Positions 1 through 10,621 of a DNA stretch of 64,000 bases are shown here, piece after piece. Source of the DNA: Styela clava (taxonomy: Eukaryota). How positions within the stretch are numbered: position 1 is the stretch's first letter; each line of letters opens with the position of its first letter. The stretch covers positions 5,146,001 to 5,210,000 of the forward strand of contig NC_135258.1 in the NCBI RefSeq assembly GCF_964204865.1, written 5' to 3'. Under the pieces are notes generated by a model, which had not been told where the DNA came from, searched no databases, and saw only the letters and a list, made by a program, of their open reading frames with translations. A program made the position numbers and the translations under genes.

Positions 1-1018
1 TTGAAGAGATGCTCCGATGATGGCAAAACAACATGTGCGGCGCTATGTCTCATTAGCCTTTCTTTGCATGTCCTACTTTCAGCAATCGCCGACCATTCTC
101 TTCGGTCATGAATATTCAACTTTTCATTTCAATGCGCCGTTAGCTATATTACTGAAAGTGAATTCGTCGCGAATTTAAATTCCTGTGATATCTGCACAGA
201 ACGCTTCTCTACTTTTAGAGGCGATTTATTAACATATTATTACCAGTTTGTAATAATACATGCTATTATTTTTGGCAACAGGGTTAAATTGGTTTATCGT
301 TGTTTCAAGCAAGAAAATAAGTTTGTAATAAATTTGTTTTTTTCGCTTATTCAGCAATCGTAATCAAATATTTCCATATGCGCAAGTCTACACTCCGAGG
401 GGTGTCCTTGCGTTTTAGAGTTTCAAAGTGATGCCGATTATAGAGAAACACCGACACATGTGGCTCTTTGTCGCCAGAACCCGCCCCCTTTGACAGGCGT
501 CAATTCGTTTATTTTGTTTTTGCATGTCCCATTTCAACCTTTTAGTAATCGCCGATTATTACCCCATTGTCAACGGTTAAATAAAATGCCACACATGATT
601 TTAACTGAAATAACGCAAAAATGGAAAATAAGAACAGAATGAAATATTAGCAATCATGAAACATGAAGAAATAGCATAAATTAATGATATATATTTGCCC
701 AACGACTAACATACCATGATGCGCAACCAAAGCCTTGACCAATGAGGAGTGTCTGACGCGATACGCTTCATTGCGGCAACTTGATTCGTTAACGCCCACT
801 CGAGATCCAGCGTTTTGCTGCAGTATTCCCCCTGTATTTGCCAAATGCCAATGATTCATAAACTATTGAGTGCGTCACGAAATTTCATTTCCAAAATAAA
901 TATATTTGATGTTCCCGTATTTATAACTTCATAAAACGATTACAATCGTTTGAAAACAAGCTCATGTATTGTACTGATTGAGAACGACGATTCCAAACGA
1001 GTTTGCTACCCAAAAATC

Positions 1019-1505
1019 TCGAAGATTGAACATTATACTGTAATATGTTTTTTCTCGGAGATTGAACATTATTTTGCGATACTTTTTACTCGAAGATTGA
1101 ACATTATTTTGCGATACTCTTTACTCGAAGATTGAACATTATTCCGTAATATTTTTTTTCTCGAAGATTGAACATTATTCTGTAATATTTTTTTTCTCGA
1201 AGATTGAACATTATTTTGCGATACTTTTTACTCGAAGATTGAACATTATTTTGCGATACTTTTTGTTCGAAGATTGAACATTATTCTGTAATATTTTTTT
1301 ATCGAAGATTGAACATTATTCTGTAATATTTTGTTTTCTCGAAGATTGAACATTATTTTGCGATACTTTTTACTCGAAGATTGAACATTATTCTGTAATA
1401 TTTTTTTATCGAAGATTGAACATTATTCTGTAATATTTTGTTTTATCGAAGATTGAACATTATTTTGCAATGCTTTGTTTTCGAAGATTGAATATTATTG
1501 TTGAC
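1019..1505. repeat. Minisatellite, 14 units of about 35-37 bp, with two alternating variants
   Basis: Core TCGAAGATTGAACATTAT recurs at about 1019, 1055, 1090, 1125, 1161, 1197, 1232, 1267, 1302, 1339, 1374, 1409, 1446 and 1481. It is followed by either TTTGCGATACTTTTTAC (variant A) or TCTGTAATATTTTTTT (variant B). Confidence 0.95.
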
Positions 1506-1759
1506 ACTTTTTCTTCGATGCTGCCACATTTGGCAATCCTTTGTTAATGAACCATAGATTTCCAATAATTCATTTTGTCTGTTATTTGCTTATGAACCTG
1601 GTGCCATCGCTGGTTAAAGATACACTACATAACTAAAATTCGTAATTAGCGATAAACAACGATAACGTATGTGATTAAAAATATGAATGTGGCGAGGCGA
1701 GAGCGCGCTTGTGAAATCGTTGAATGTGTCGAGGCGAGAGCGCGCTTGCGGAATAGTTT

Positions 1760-2090
1760 TGACGGCTATAGTGAAACCACACTTCTCCCGCCTGTATATA
1801 AATCGTTGTTTAAATAGTCCCCTCTTTGTTTGAACTTGCGCTAGTTTGTTTATTTACACATATTATCTTATCATCATCCTTTTAGATTAGAGTTGACGCC
1901 ATGATAATTTTTCATTTTCTTCTTTTTCTTGCTCTATATGTATCCACTTTTGTCCTTCCCATATCATGCCCTGATGAAGTTTTTCTGTATAGAAATTCGA
2001 AACGTCGGCAAATTACATCGTATTGCTAACACCGGTTGTGCTTCATTTATTATCAACATGTGTTTACCTGGTGGCAATCACGCACTATAT
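1760..2090 (+). mobile_element. Penelope-like retroelement 3' end / pseudo-LTR remnant
   Basis: A short reading frame ending DGYSETTLLPPVYKSLFK* resembles the C-terminus of PLE proteins. It is followed by a T-rich tract and a hammerhead motif, the usual PLE terminal layout. Confidence 0.5.
1967..2010 (+). ncRNA. Minimal type I hammerhead ribozyme (Penelope-like element type)
   Basis: TGCC-CTGATGA-a-GTTTTTCT-gtat-AGAAATTC-GAAA-CGTC-GGCA. Core boxes are CUGAUGA (1971-1977) and GAAA (1999-2002). The GUC triplet predicts cleavage after 2006. Helix I is UGCC/GGCA, helix II is an imperfect hairpin, and helix III is the palindrome ACGU. Confidence 0.75.
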
Positions 2091-2387
2091 AGTGTGATAC
2101 GTCCGTTGCTATTTGTGTCAAGTGAAAGGTAGTACAATTATATTTAAAAATGTTTAGTGAAGATTGTGACTTCTGTAACCCCCCGCTGGCAGCTAGCTCC
2201 ACTGCCGCGTAAAGCGATAACGAATCGTGAACATGATTAATAAAGTCGGACGCTGCGCGAAAGTGATAACGCAAAGAATAAAATTATTGTAAGTAAACGT
2301 AACACTATTAAAAAAAAACGATTCCAAACGGGGGGTTACGACCCATGTAACCCCCCCCTCCCTCTGGCTGCGCCCCTGTCCCCACTG

Positions 2388-2663
2388 CAGTGTTCCCTCT
2401 AAGGTGTGCGCGTGTGCGCGCGCACACAGCTTTCAGAGGGTGCGCACACGAATAGATTTACTGCGCACAAACGTATTTCGATGTAATGTAACAATGTGCT
2501 CGGTTGGCAGGTTGAGAAAGTTTGTTGTTGACCCACTTATTACCCGGTTAGAACGCCGAAATTTCTTCATTGGTTTTTGCACAAATATCAGTCATTTCCA
2601 AAAAAGCGCGCACACACTAAAATTTCTGCGCACACATACTACAAAAAATTAGAGGGAACATTG
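2388..2663. mobile_element. Non-autonomous hAT-type MITE
   Basis: Terminal inverted repeats (TIRs) CAGTGTTCCCTCTAA / TTAGAGGGAACATTG. Perfect 8-bp TSD CCCCACTG at 2380-2387 and 2664-2671. Confidence 0.92.
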
Positions 2664-3119
2664 CCCCACTGTATATAAAAACTCCTGTTTGAATTTGTTA
2701 CTCAATCTTGAATGGAACATTTGCTTGTGATATGTGCAACTAGCCTTCTGGCTTTTGTATAGTTTAAACATATGCATATCTATGTTTCACAATAATACTA
2801 CATGCAAAATATTTAAATTCCTGCTTGGAGAGGAATAGGGAAACATTGGCCCTAAAGAATCTAAATTTCTCGCTACATAAATAATAGCAGTATCATGTCA
2901 ATTACTTGCCATCAAAATAATATTTCAATACTACAAGAACCATTACAACTGTTAATTGGGGACTTAATTGATGTGTCAAACTCTTACTAGCCAGCATTCT
3001 TAATGAATGACAATTGAAGCCAGAACAAATCTATTTTTTTGCTTGATCAAATAAACCAAATGATTGGAGACTTAATGAATATTTCATATCTGTTGTTGAT
3101 CATGAAGATTTGAGGGTAT

Positions 3120-3620
3120 ACCAGTCTAGGTTCCTAGTCATGCTTGGGATAAGACATTCTTTGAAATATGGTTTGTCTTGTACTCTTGTCACAGCAGTTC
3201 AGTGAATTTTTTTATTATCTCATATTCTTATTGAACCGCCTAGATAGGACTTTTAAAACTGTCTATATAAGGCGAAGAGCATGTTCTCACATCTGATCAA
3301 CTGTCCAGATTTTGTATTGTTGGCCAGCCGTAAATTCTACGGGTGTACACGTGAATTGTGCAGCAAGCAATTGTGAGATTATTTTAATATTTGATAATAT
3401 TCCATCGGGTGGGTACACTTTTGTATAGTGTCATCCTAGTGAACAGATATAAATCCGATTGCTCGAAACTTTAGAACAAAATCAGGAGCAAAACTTATTT
3501 AACTGAAAGTTGGTGAACCATTCTGGATTGCATGCAGGTCCATCTCCCATAGCTCGTCAGTAATTCATCCAAACTATAGAAAAAAAAAACTTGAACTCTC
3601 TCACCCAGTTAACTATAATT
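3120..3620 (-). mobile_element. Heavily decayed LINE (L2/CR1-group) RT C-terminal fragment
   Basis: Frameshifted peptide remnants in the expected order: VREFKF, MTLYKS, PMEY, EHALRLI, KTNH/FKECLIPSMTR. Confidence 0.35.
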
Positions 3621-3949
3621 TCTAAGAAAATGCTGCAAGCTATATGGCTACGCTTCATTGTCAGATTCATGCAAGGCTCATCGGAAATAAGGGCCAATGC
3701 AACTCTTGAACACCCCAACTATCAAAAAGCTACATGTACTGTCTATCTGTTCAAGAGGAAGTAGTACCAGTGATTATAACCAGATTTATACTGCAAAAAT
3801 TTAATTATGAATACTGAAAATGGCTATCAAAAAAAGCACCAGCTTTATAAGCAGTGAAAAGTTGAGCAACTTCATGTAAATTGTTTACAGATTATGATTG
3901 GAAAAAATTGTGAGAGATAGTAGTGGAGGTGGCATAAGCAATTTTCTGG

Positions 3950-6132
3950 TCATAGCTCATCATGATTTTGTTCCTTGCCTTCTGGACGTTTGAATGCTCC
4001 AAGCTGATACATGACACCACTTTTCATGTTTTTGATCAGGAAGATGAAAGGATGATCCGCATAAAACATAATTCTTTTGTCAGCAGGTGTACGGTTGGCT
4101 TCCTCACGCTCCGCCTCAACCAATCCCCCTAGATGATTCACCTGAATTATCACAAATAAAATATTACTATTTAATATTACCAGCATACCATATGAATGGA
4201 TGATCAGCAAAAAAATCGGATTGCGAGATCAATTGAGCGTGCCATAATCCGGACAGTGGTGGCCGCGGCCGCCGTGCTGCCCTCTTCAGTAACCTGATGG
4301 AAATTGTATAAGATTCACTAGTATTCAATAATATTCCCCTAAACTGAAAAAATGTCAAACTTGCCTCTAGTACACCTTTGTGAAAAATGGCATCAACGAA
4401 GAGTGATTTGTCACCACTTATTCCAGATAGGTCAGCTTGGCCGGATGAAAATATATCTTTGATTCCCAGGTTTTGCAATGATTTTTGAAGTTCAATGCCA
4501 GCCTCCACTTTAAATTTTGGTAATGTGATCTAAAACCAACACAATGATAAACTGATTTAATCGAGATTTTAGTAAAGATGTGATTCCTGCATAGCAATGA
4601 AGGTTGTAACCCACATGATCGTGTATATATTTAAGTATTTGAAATATAATCGTGTTTTTTTATACTTTAACGAATATATTTGAATTACTCCGTATTGTCA
4701 TAACCAACCCAACTGATGACCATAAAACAGACTGGATCAAAATTCATAATAGATTTGACAAAGTACATTATTTGAAGAAATTGAGACTTACATCAACAGT
4801 TTCGTAGTCCATGTTGGAAATCCAATTGGTAAGGTTCTCATAGTTTAAGTTCTTCTCAACAGATGCAAGATCAAAATTGTCTGGCAGGAAAAGGTACATG
4901 CTGATATCTTGGTCAACGTAAGGCAATTCCAAAACCTGAAGACTCAATGATTCAATATACCGAAAACGAAACTTTCCTGTAAAAATTAGAAATAAGCATT
5001 ACTTAAAACTTACATTATGTATTTAATACTTATTTCCTGAATTGATTTAAATTATTTGAAAAAATGAAACGCTTCTCTCTCTCACCTCTTTGATACATGA
5101 ATGCAGTATTGATGATTCTGTAATGCGACACATAAAATGCTCTTTTATCAGTGTGCATTGGTGTAAAACCAGAGTGCCATTCACCAGTAAAATAAAGGGT
5201 GTTGACAAGGACCAAAGCAGTTGTCGCATCTAGATCGTCTTCGTTGAGCATATTTGGAATGAGGTCGCCAGTTTCTTGAGAAATCCATTTATTGATGTGA
5301 GATACAGATGCCTTGTCCCCAAAATCCAACTATAAAAAGAATTAGTTTAATTATTATATGAACACTCTCATATTAGCATGCAATGTAAGTTTATATACTC
5401 ACATCTCCAATTTTCGCTCCAAACACCGAGAGAGCATTTTTATAGTCATTCAACACACTGGCAGTCTTTGAAATGAATGCTCCATTCGCACCTTTCAGGG
5501 TGATGTTGTCTTTAGGCTACAAAAAAGTTTGGCATAAAGATCATACATAAGTAAAAACGCATAAAATGTAATGTGTATATTTTTTGATTCTGAGAATTGC
5601 ATGAAAATATTAATATAGTCTAAAATTACCTTGTCAAAAAGAAGTCCATTCAGTTCACCAAATGCTGAATTAATTAGTAATGCTTTAACATCTTTTAAAT
5701 GAAGGGCTTCTGCAATTTGTTTGGTGGAATTTTTCTTCGTTCCTAACTTCACCATTGCCAAAGCTGTTAAATAGTGCAATTTCATTACAAGTCATAATAT
5801 TACCATTTTCAATAATTTCGCAAGGGATCGCAACTTCTTTAAAAAATGAAAGCGATATTATTGCTTATAATATCATTATACTATTATACTATATATTATT
5901 ATTATAAGATAGACAAACAAGTTTTCATACCTGCTGAGACGCTGACTGGAGAGAATACCACATTTACTGTTTTGGGTTGTGCAATAATTTCCCTGTAAAG
6001 ATCCACAGCGAACTTCGAATTTGCAGCTGTTAACTTTTCCACGGCATCACTGTATATGTTAGCTGTTCCGTAGACATTCGAAACTAGCAATTCCGACAAC
6101 AAAGCCAGACAAATTGACGAAAACGTGGACAT
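3950..6132 (-). CDS. Serpin with N-terminal signal peptide and C-terminal HDEL ER-retention signal (about 411 aa, HSP47/SERPINH1-like C-terminus)
   Basis: Exons join in frame: 6132-5931, 5763-5630, 5516-5403, 5329-5086, 4976-4792, 4529-4365, 4141-3950. Serpin motifs: NSKFAVDLY, NVVFSPVSV, INKWISQET, LVLVNTLYFTGEW, QVLELPY, LPKFKVE, ADLSGIS, FYADHPFIFLIK. Ends NHDEL*. The last intron has a GC donor. Confidence 0.92.
4189..4293 (-). CDS. Alternative serpin RCL exon (inhibitory type, P1-P1' R-S), frame-broken in this assembly
   Basis: Phase-0 acceptor tttccatcag| followed by VTEEGSTAAAATTVRIMARSIDLAIRFF. A T7 run (4209-4215) shifts the following ADHPFIW out of frame and gives C* instead. Donor-like TG|gtatgc at 4188. 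Confidence 0.7.
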
Positions 6133-6869
6133 TTCCAGACCGCCGTCAGACTAACCTATCACTGTGTCAACTAACCAAACTGAAAAGACATCGATTAAAG
6201 TTTGATTGAATATAATATTCAATCCCAATTACATTCGATTTTACTCTGATCAAAAGAAACGAGACCATAACATATCAATTTCAGAATTTAGCGTTTTCTA
6301 AAGACTTTTTTCACAACCGCCGCGTCGCGGAATAGGTTTAGTCTGCGCAAAACTGCACAAAAGTTGTGGGAAGCCTTTGCATATGATTTCGACGTAACCC
6401 CTGTGTGTTACATCTCGCGATCATTCACAAAGCGTTTTTGTGAGATAACGAGAACTTAGTCCGTTATATATGCGTTCAAAAGACTATGCAAACAATTCTG
6501 ACCTAATTATATTAATTACTTTCGGCGCAATTGTTTGAGTTTATCCGTCAAAAACTCTGCGGGTTTCCTACTTCGCGCCTAAGAATAGAAAGATCCAGAA
6601 TTTTTAGGCGTCCGTCTGCTGATCAATTACTTTGGGAGTGAGAAAGATCCAGAAAGTCTAGAGCGGCAGTCATTTCACGCTTCACACATGGCTGCACCAT
6701 GGGCAACACGTGTCGTAACGAAATTGAAGAAGCTGTTTTTCGGTTGAGTGAACGTATATGTAAATAACTGAGGTGAAACAGGTTGGAAAAAGAATTCAGA
6801 AATGTTTAAATTGTTATATGTTATAGCCTATATTTGTACATATTTGTCTCACTACAAAGTCTTTTTTAA

Positions 6870-9240
6870 TACAATTGACAAACTTGATAATACGACGTAT
6901 AGGCAGACTAGAAGGCGTTTCTGTCAAGGAACTGCTTTCCTAATCAAAAAGGGTCTTCAGATAAAAAACCACAATATCCACATACCTTTCAGGCTAGCAA
7001 GTGTAGATATAACTCTTGATCGTGATATCCTAAGACTATACAACACCAATGCACCAGCAACATGGGTGTCTCCCAAGACCTACTTTTTTCGAAAAATGAC
7101 AAAAATAATAAGCCACCACAACTACCAAAACAAATATATAATTGTAGGGGATTTTAACTGTGTCCTAAGCGAAAAGGATACGTGGATGAAAAATAAGTAC
7201 GTCTCCACTACAGCGGAAAACGTATTAGGAATACAAGATACTTGACTCACTTAGAAAATTCCACCCCCAAAACAGGACATACACATATGTAAGGGAGCAC
7301 CGAGGGAGGAGAATAGCTAGAGTCTATCATAGTAGTGCGCTTGACGCCTTCCTAGAAGACTGCGGCTATGTTGTTAACACACTATCAGACCACACACTCC
7401 TGCCCTATATAAAAATAAAACGACCAGAAAAACATAGATGGGGAAAAGGCATTTGGAAAAACAACATTAAAGCATATAAAGACCAAAACTACCAAAAAAT
7501 AACAACAAACTTATACAAACAAGCCGAATTTGAACTTGAATATTCAAACTCCATTTACGAATGGTGGGATCAGTTTAAGGGCAAGGTTAAAAAGATTTCA
7601 AAAGCCTATTCATACCACCAAGCAAAAAGTAAACGGGAAAAAATTTCACAGACTGAAAAAGATTCAGAAAAGCTAATAAAAGAGGGGGATCCAAAAAATC
7701 TAATAAAAATTGAAAAGATGAAAAGAATACTGATTGATGAAATAGAAGAAAAACAAGATAAACCGGGGATGAGTAATATAGAAGAAGACGAAGCCCCAAA
7801 ACAAACGCAAATTTAAAAGATAAAGAATAGTAATGGCCAAATAGTTAAGAACGCGGAAAACGTTTTAGAGGTAGTGGAAGGTTTCTACCGAGATTTGTGG
7901 GGCGAGAAGGGAAAAACAAAAGAGGACGACCAAAATTATTTTTTAGAGCAAATGGAAACAACACAAATCCCCCCAGACCACAACAAAATAATTGGTGAAC
8001 CCACAACAGAGGATGAAATCAAGAACATAATAAAAGCTATGCCGAAAAACAAGTCCCCTGAAATGGATGGGTTATCTATCGAATTTTATCTAACATTTTG
8101 GGAGCTGATCAAAAACAAATTTATACAAGTAATCAATAACATTTGGGACCTTTCCCAAAAGTTCCAAATCAGCAAGAGTGGTATTAGTGTATAAAAAAGG
8201 AGATAGATTAGATCTTAAAAACTGGAGGCCAATATCTAACCCCCACACAGATTACAAGATAGTTGCAAAATTAATCAGCGATCGACTCAAAGCCATACTT
8301 TGTAATATAATTAGCCCATCCCAAAAAAGTACATTACCTGGAAGATCGATTCACGACGTACATTATAACATTGAAGCCATCCAAAACTATTGCAATTAAA
8401 ATAGTCAACCTGGAACCATTATAACAATCGACAATTTTAAAGCCTTTGATATGGTGAACCAAAATTTTCTTCTCAAAATCCTTAAAAAAATTGGTCTAAA
8501 TGAGAAACTTATAACAGTGATTCAAAATATTCATCACGACATAGTGAGCCAAGTTGAGATAAATGGAAAGTTAACCAAACCCATCAACATCAGAAGAGGC
8601 ATCCGACAAGGTTGCCCTTTTAGTATGTTGCTCTACGTAATAAATATAGAGCCATTGGCAAGAGTATTGACCCTAAATAACAAAATCAAAGGAATCAAGA
8701 TAGGAAAATTTGAGCATAAGATCGACCAATTTGCCGATGACCTCACCTTTGCTGCGATGGACATAACATCAGTAGACGAAATATTCACGGAACTACATCT
8801 CTTTCAAAAAGCCGCAGGGCAGAAAATAAATGCGGATAAGACCGGTATTTGGTGTATAAATCAGGGTTCTAGATGTAGAATGAAATACTCTACACACGCG
8901 CCATACTGTCACGACACCCTAAAAATATTAGGAATACACTATGAAAAAAACGACATAGATGAAACATGGATGAAAAGCCAAACCAAAATCATACGGGTGA
9001 TAAATAATTGTAAAAGTAGGGACCTCACCTGGTACGGAAAGCAAATTGTAATCAACTCCATATTTGCCTCTCTAATATTATACCCTGTACGAGGAAAGGG
9101 ACCACCTTCGACCTCGACACTCAAAGAGATCGAGAGAAGTCTGTTCAATTTTCTCTGGCATCCAGAGAAAATAGAATGCATAAAGCGAGACACGCTGAAA
9201 AAGAACCCAAAAAGCGGGGTTGACCGCTAAAAAGCAATCA
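6870..9240 (+). mobile_element. Decayed L1/Tx1-clade LINE ORF2 (APE endonuclease plus reverse transcriptase)
   Basis: Endonuclease motifs GTAFLIK, YNTNAP, IIVGDFNCVL, SDH. Linker WGKGIWKNN. RT motifs KSPEMDGL, NWRPIS..DYKIVAK, FKAFD, GIRQGCPFSMLLY, QFADD, LKILGI. Several stops and frameshifts. Confidence 0.9.
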
Positions 9241-9260
9241 GGTGGATAAAGGAATGCAAC

Positions 9261-10147
9261 AGCCCTCTATTTGCCACAAATAAAATACTCAAGTTCAAAG
9301 ACTTATGCTTTTTTGAAGTTGCAAAAATAATGCACCAATTTTCTTCAAATTTATTACCAAGGGCTTTTGATAATCTTTTCACAGCTCTGTATTTTATGCA
9401 TAGCCATCGCACTCGATCATCATCTCAAGGGTCCCTTTTTGTCTCCAGATGTCAATCGAAGCGGGCCCAAGACACTCTCAGATACACTGGTGTAAAAATT
9501 TAGAATGATCTACCTTCCAGCATTAAAGACTTGACATATCCCAATTTTAAAAAACAGTTACGCAATCTCTTTTATTCTCTTTGTACTCTTTATAAACATG
9601 TATTACTTTACCCTTATTTCATGCTTCAGTACATATATGACTTCAGTGTCTCATGGACAAGATTGTGATTCTATTTTGTTTGATATATCTTTACACTTAT
9701 GAAATGTTTTTCCTACTCAGATATCAGTATGAGTATTTCTCTACTGATCTACAGTTTACTCTATTATAAGTATATTTTATATTACTCAACTTCCTCTATG
9801 AATTCTCCTTCAAAAACGTCTAACTACTAGAACAGCATTGCGTCGACATAATAATAATATATAGGGTAAATCCCTAATTCGAAAAAAAACATGGCAACCT
9901 ATCGCCTTGTAGCGCCATCTCGAGGCAATGCTGTCCTCGTATAAAAGCGTTTACCTGTGTCCGTTTCTTAAATTTTAATTAATACAGCTATTGCAAGGTA
10001 GCCGCTGACAAGTAGACCGAATGGTCATTTTGCGGCCATCATGTTCGCTCTGGGCAAAGACATGTATATTTTTTCAATTTTGCTTCATTTTTTTTGTGCC
10101 CGTTTGCCTGAACGGCTAATAAAAAACGATTTCATTGATTGATTGAT
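9261..10147 (+). mobile_element. 5'-truncated L2/Crack-type LINE 3' end
   Basis: Peptide SPLFATNKILKFKDL...LLPRAFDNLF...HSHRTRS...RYTGVKI*NDLPSSIK...FKKQL is typical of L2/Crack ORF2 C-termini. The 3' UTR ends with AATAAA and an (ATTG)n tail. Confidence 0.75.
9827..9939. mobile_element. Tiny MITE with TA flanks nested in the LINE 3' UTR
   Basis: Imperfect 20-bp TIRs CTAGAACAGCATTGCGTCGA / TCGAGGCAATGCTGTCCTCG, with TA on both sides. Confidence 0.65.
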
Positions 10148-10621
10148 AACAGATAATGAAAATCACACGGGCGCTCAAGTTTTACCAATGATAAAACACA
10201 GTCTGGTGCAAAGTAAATATCGCTAAAATAAGACACTCAAGCTAGAATTGAACTACGTTTGTTATTCATAGCGCTAGATTCCTCGTGAACGGGAAGGCTC
10301 AAAGTTTTCCGTCCTGGGCGCTAGACTCTTTGTGAACGCAGGCACATTGCATCCTAAGATAATCTTGTATTATTACACTGAAGTTGAATACGGTTTTGTT
10401 TTTACTTCATTACCTTGACTTTTTCGCGTCAAACAAATTTAGCTATTTGACATTGGAATACTATCGCTGCAATACCAAAATTATTAATATCGAAATATGA
10501 CGAAAAATCCACCATAAATGCCAGATTTGACTAAGTAATACTTGTCTTCAATAAAATTTGTTAGTATATTTTCCCTGACCGAGTGTCTGGAGATTATCGA
10601 ATATTTTGAAACATGCTAGAT

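Noticed and set aside
1019-1505. CRISPR-like array (constant repeat plus variable spacer)
   Set aside because: Spacers are only about 17-19 nt and fall into two recurring classes, the context is eukaryotic, and there are no cas genes.
4167-4508. 113-aa ORF read as one continuous serpin exon
   Set aside because: It runs through the GC-AG intron and reads the RCL in the wrong frame.
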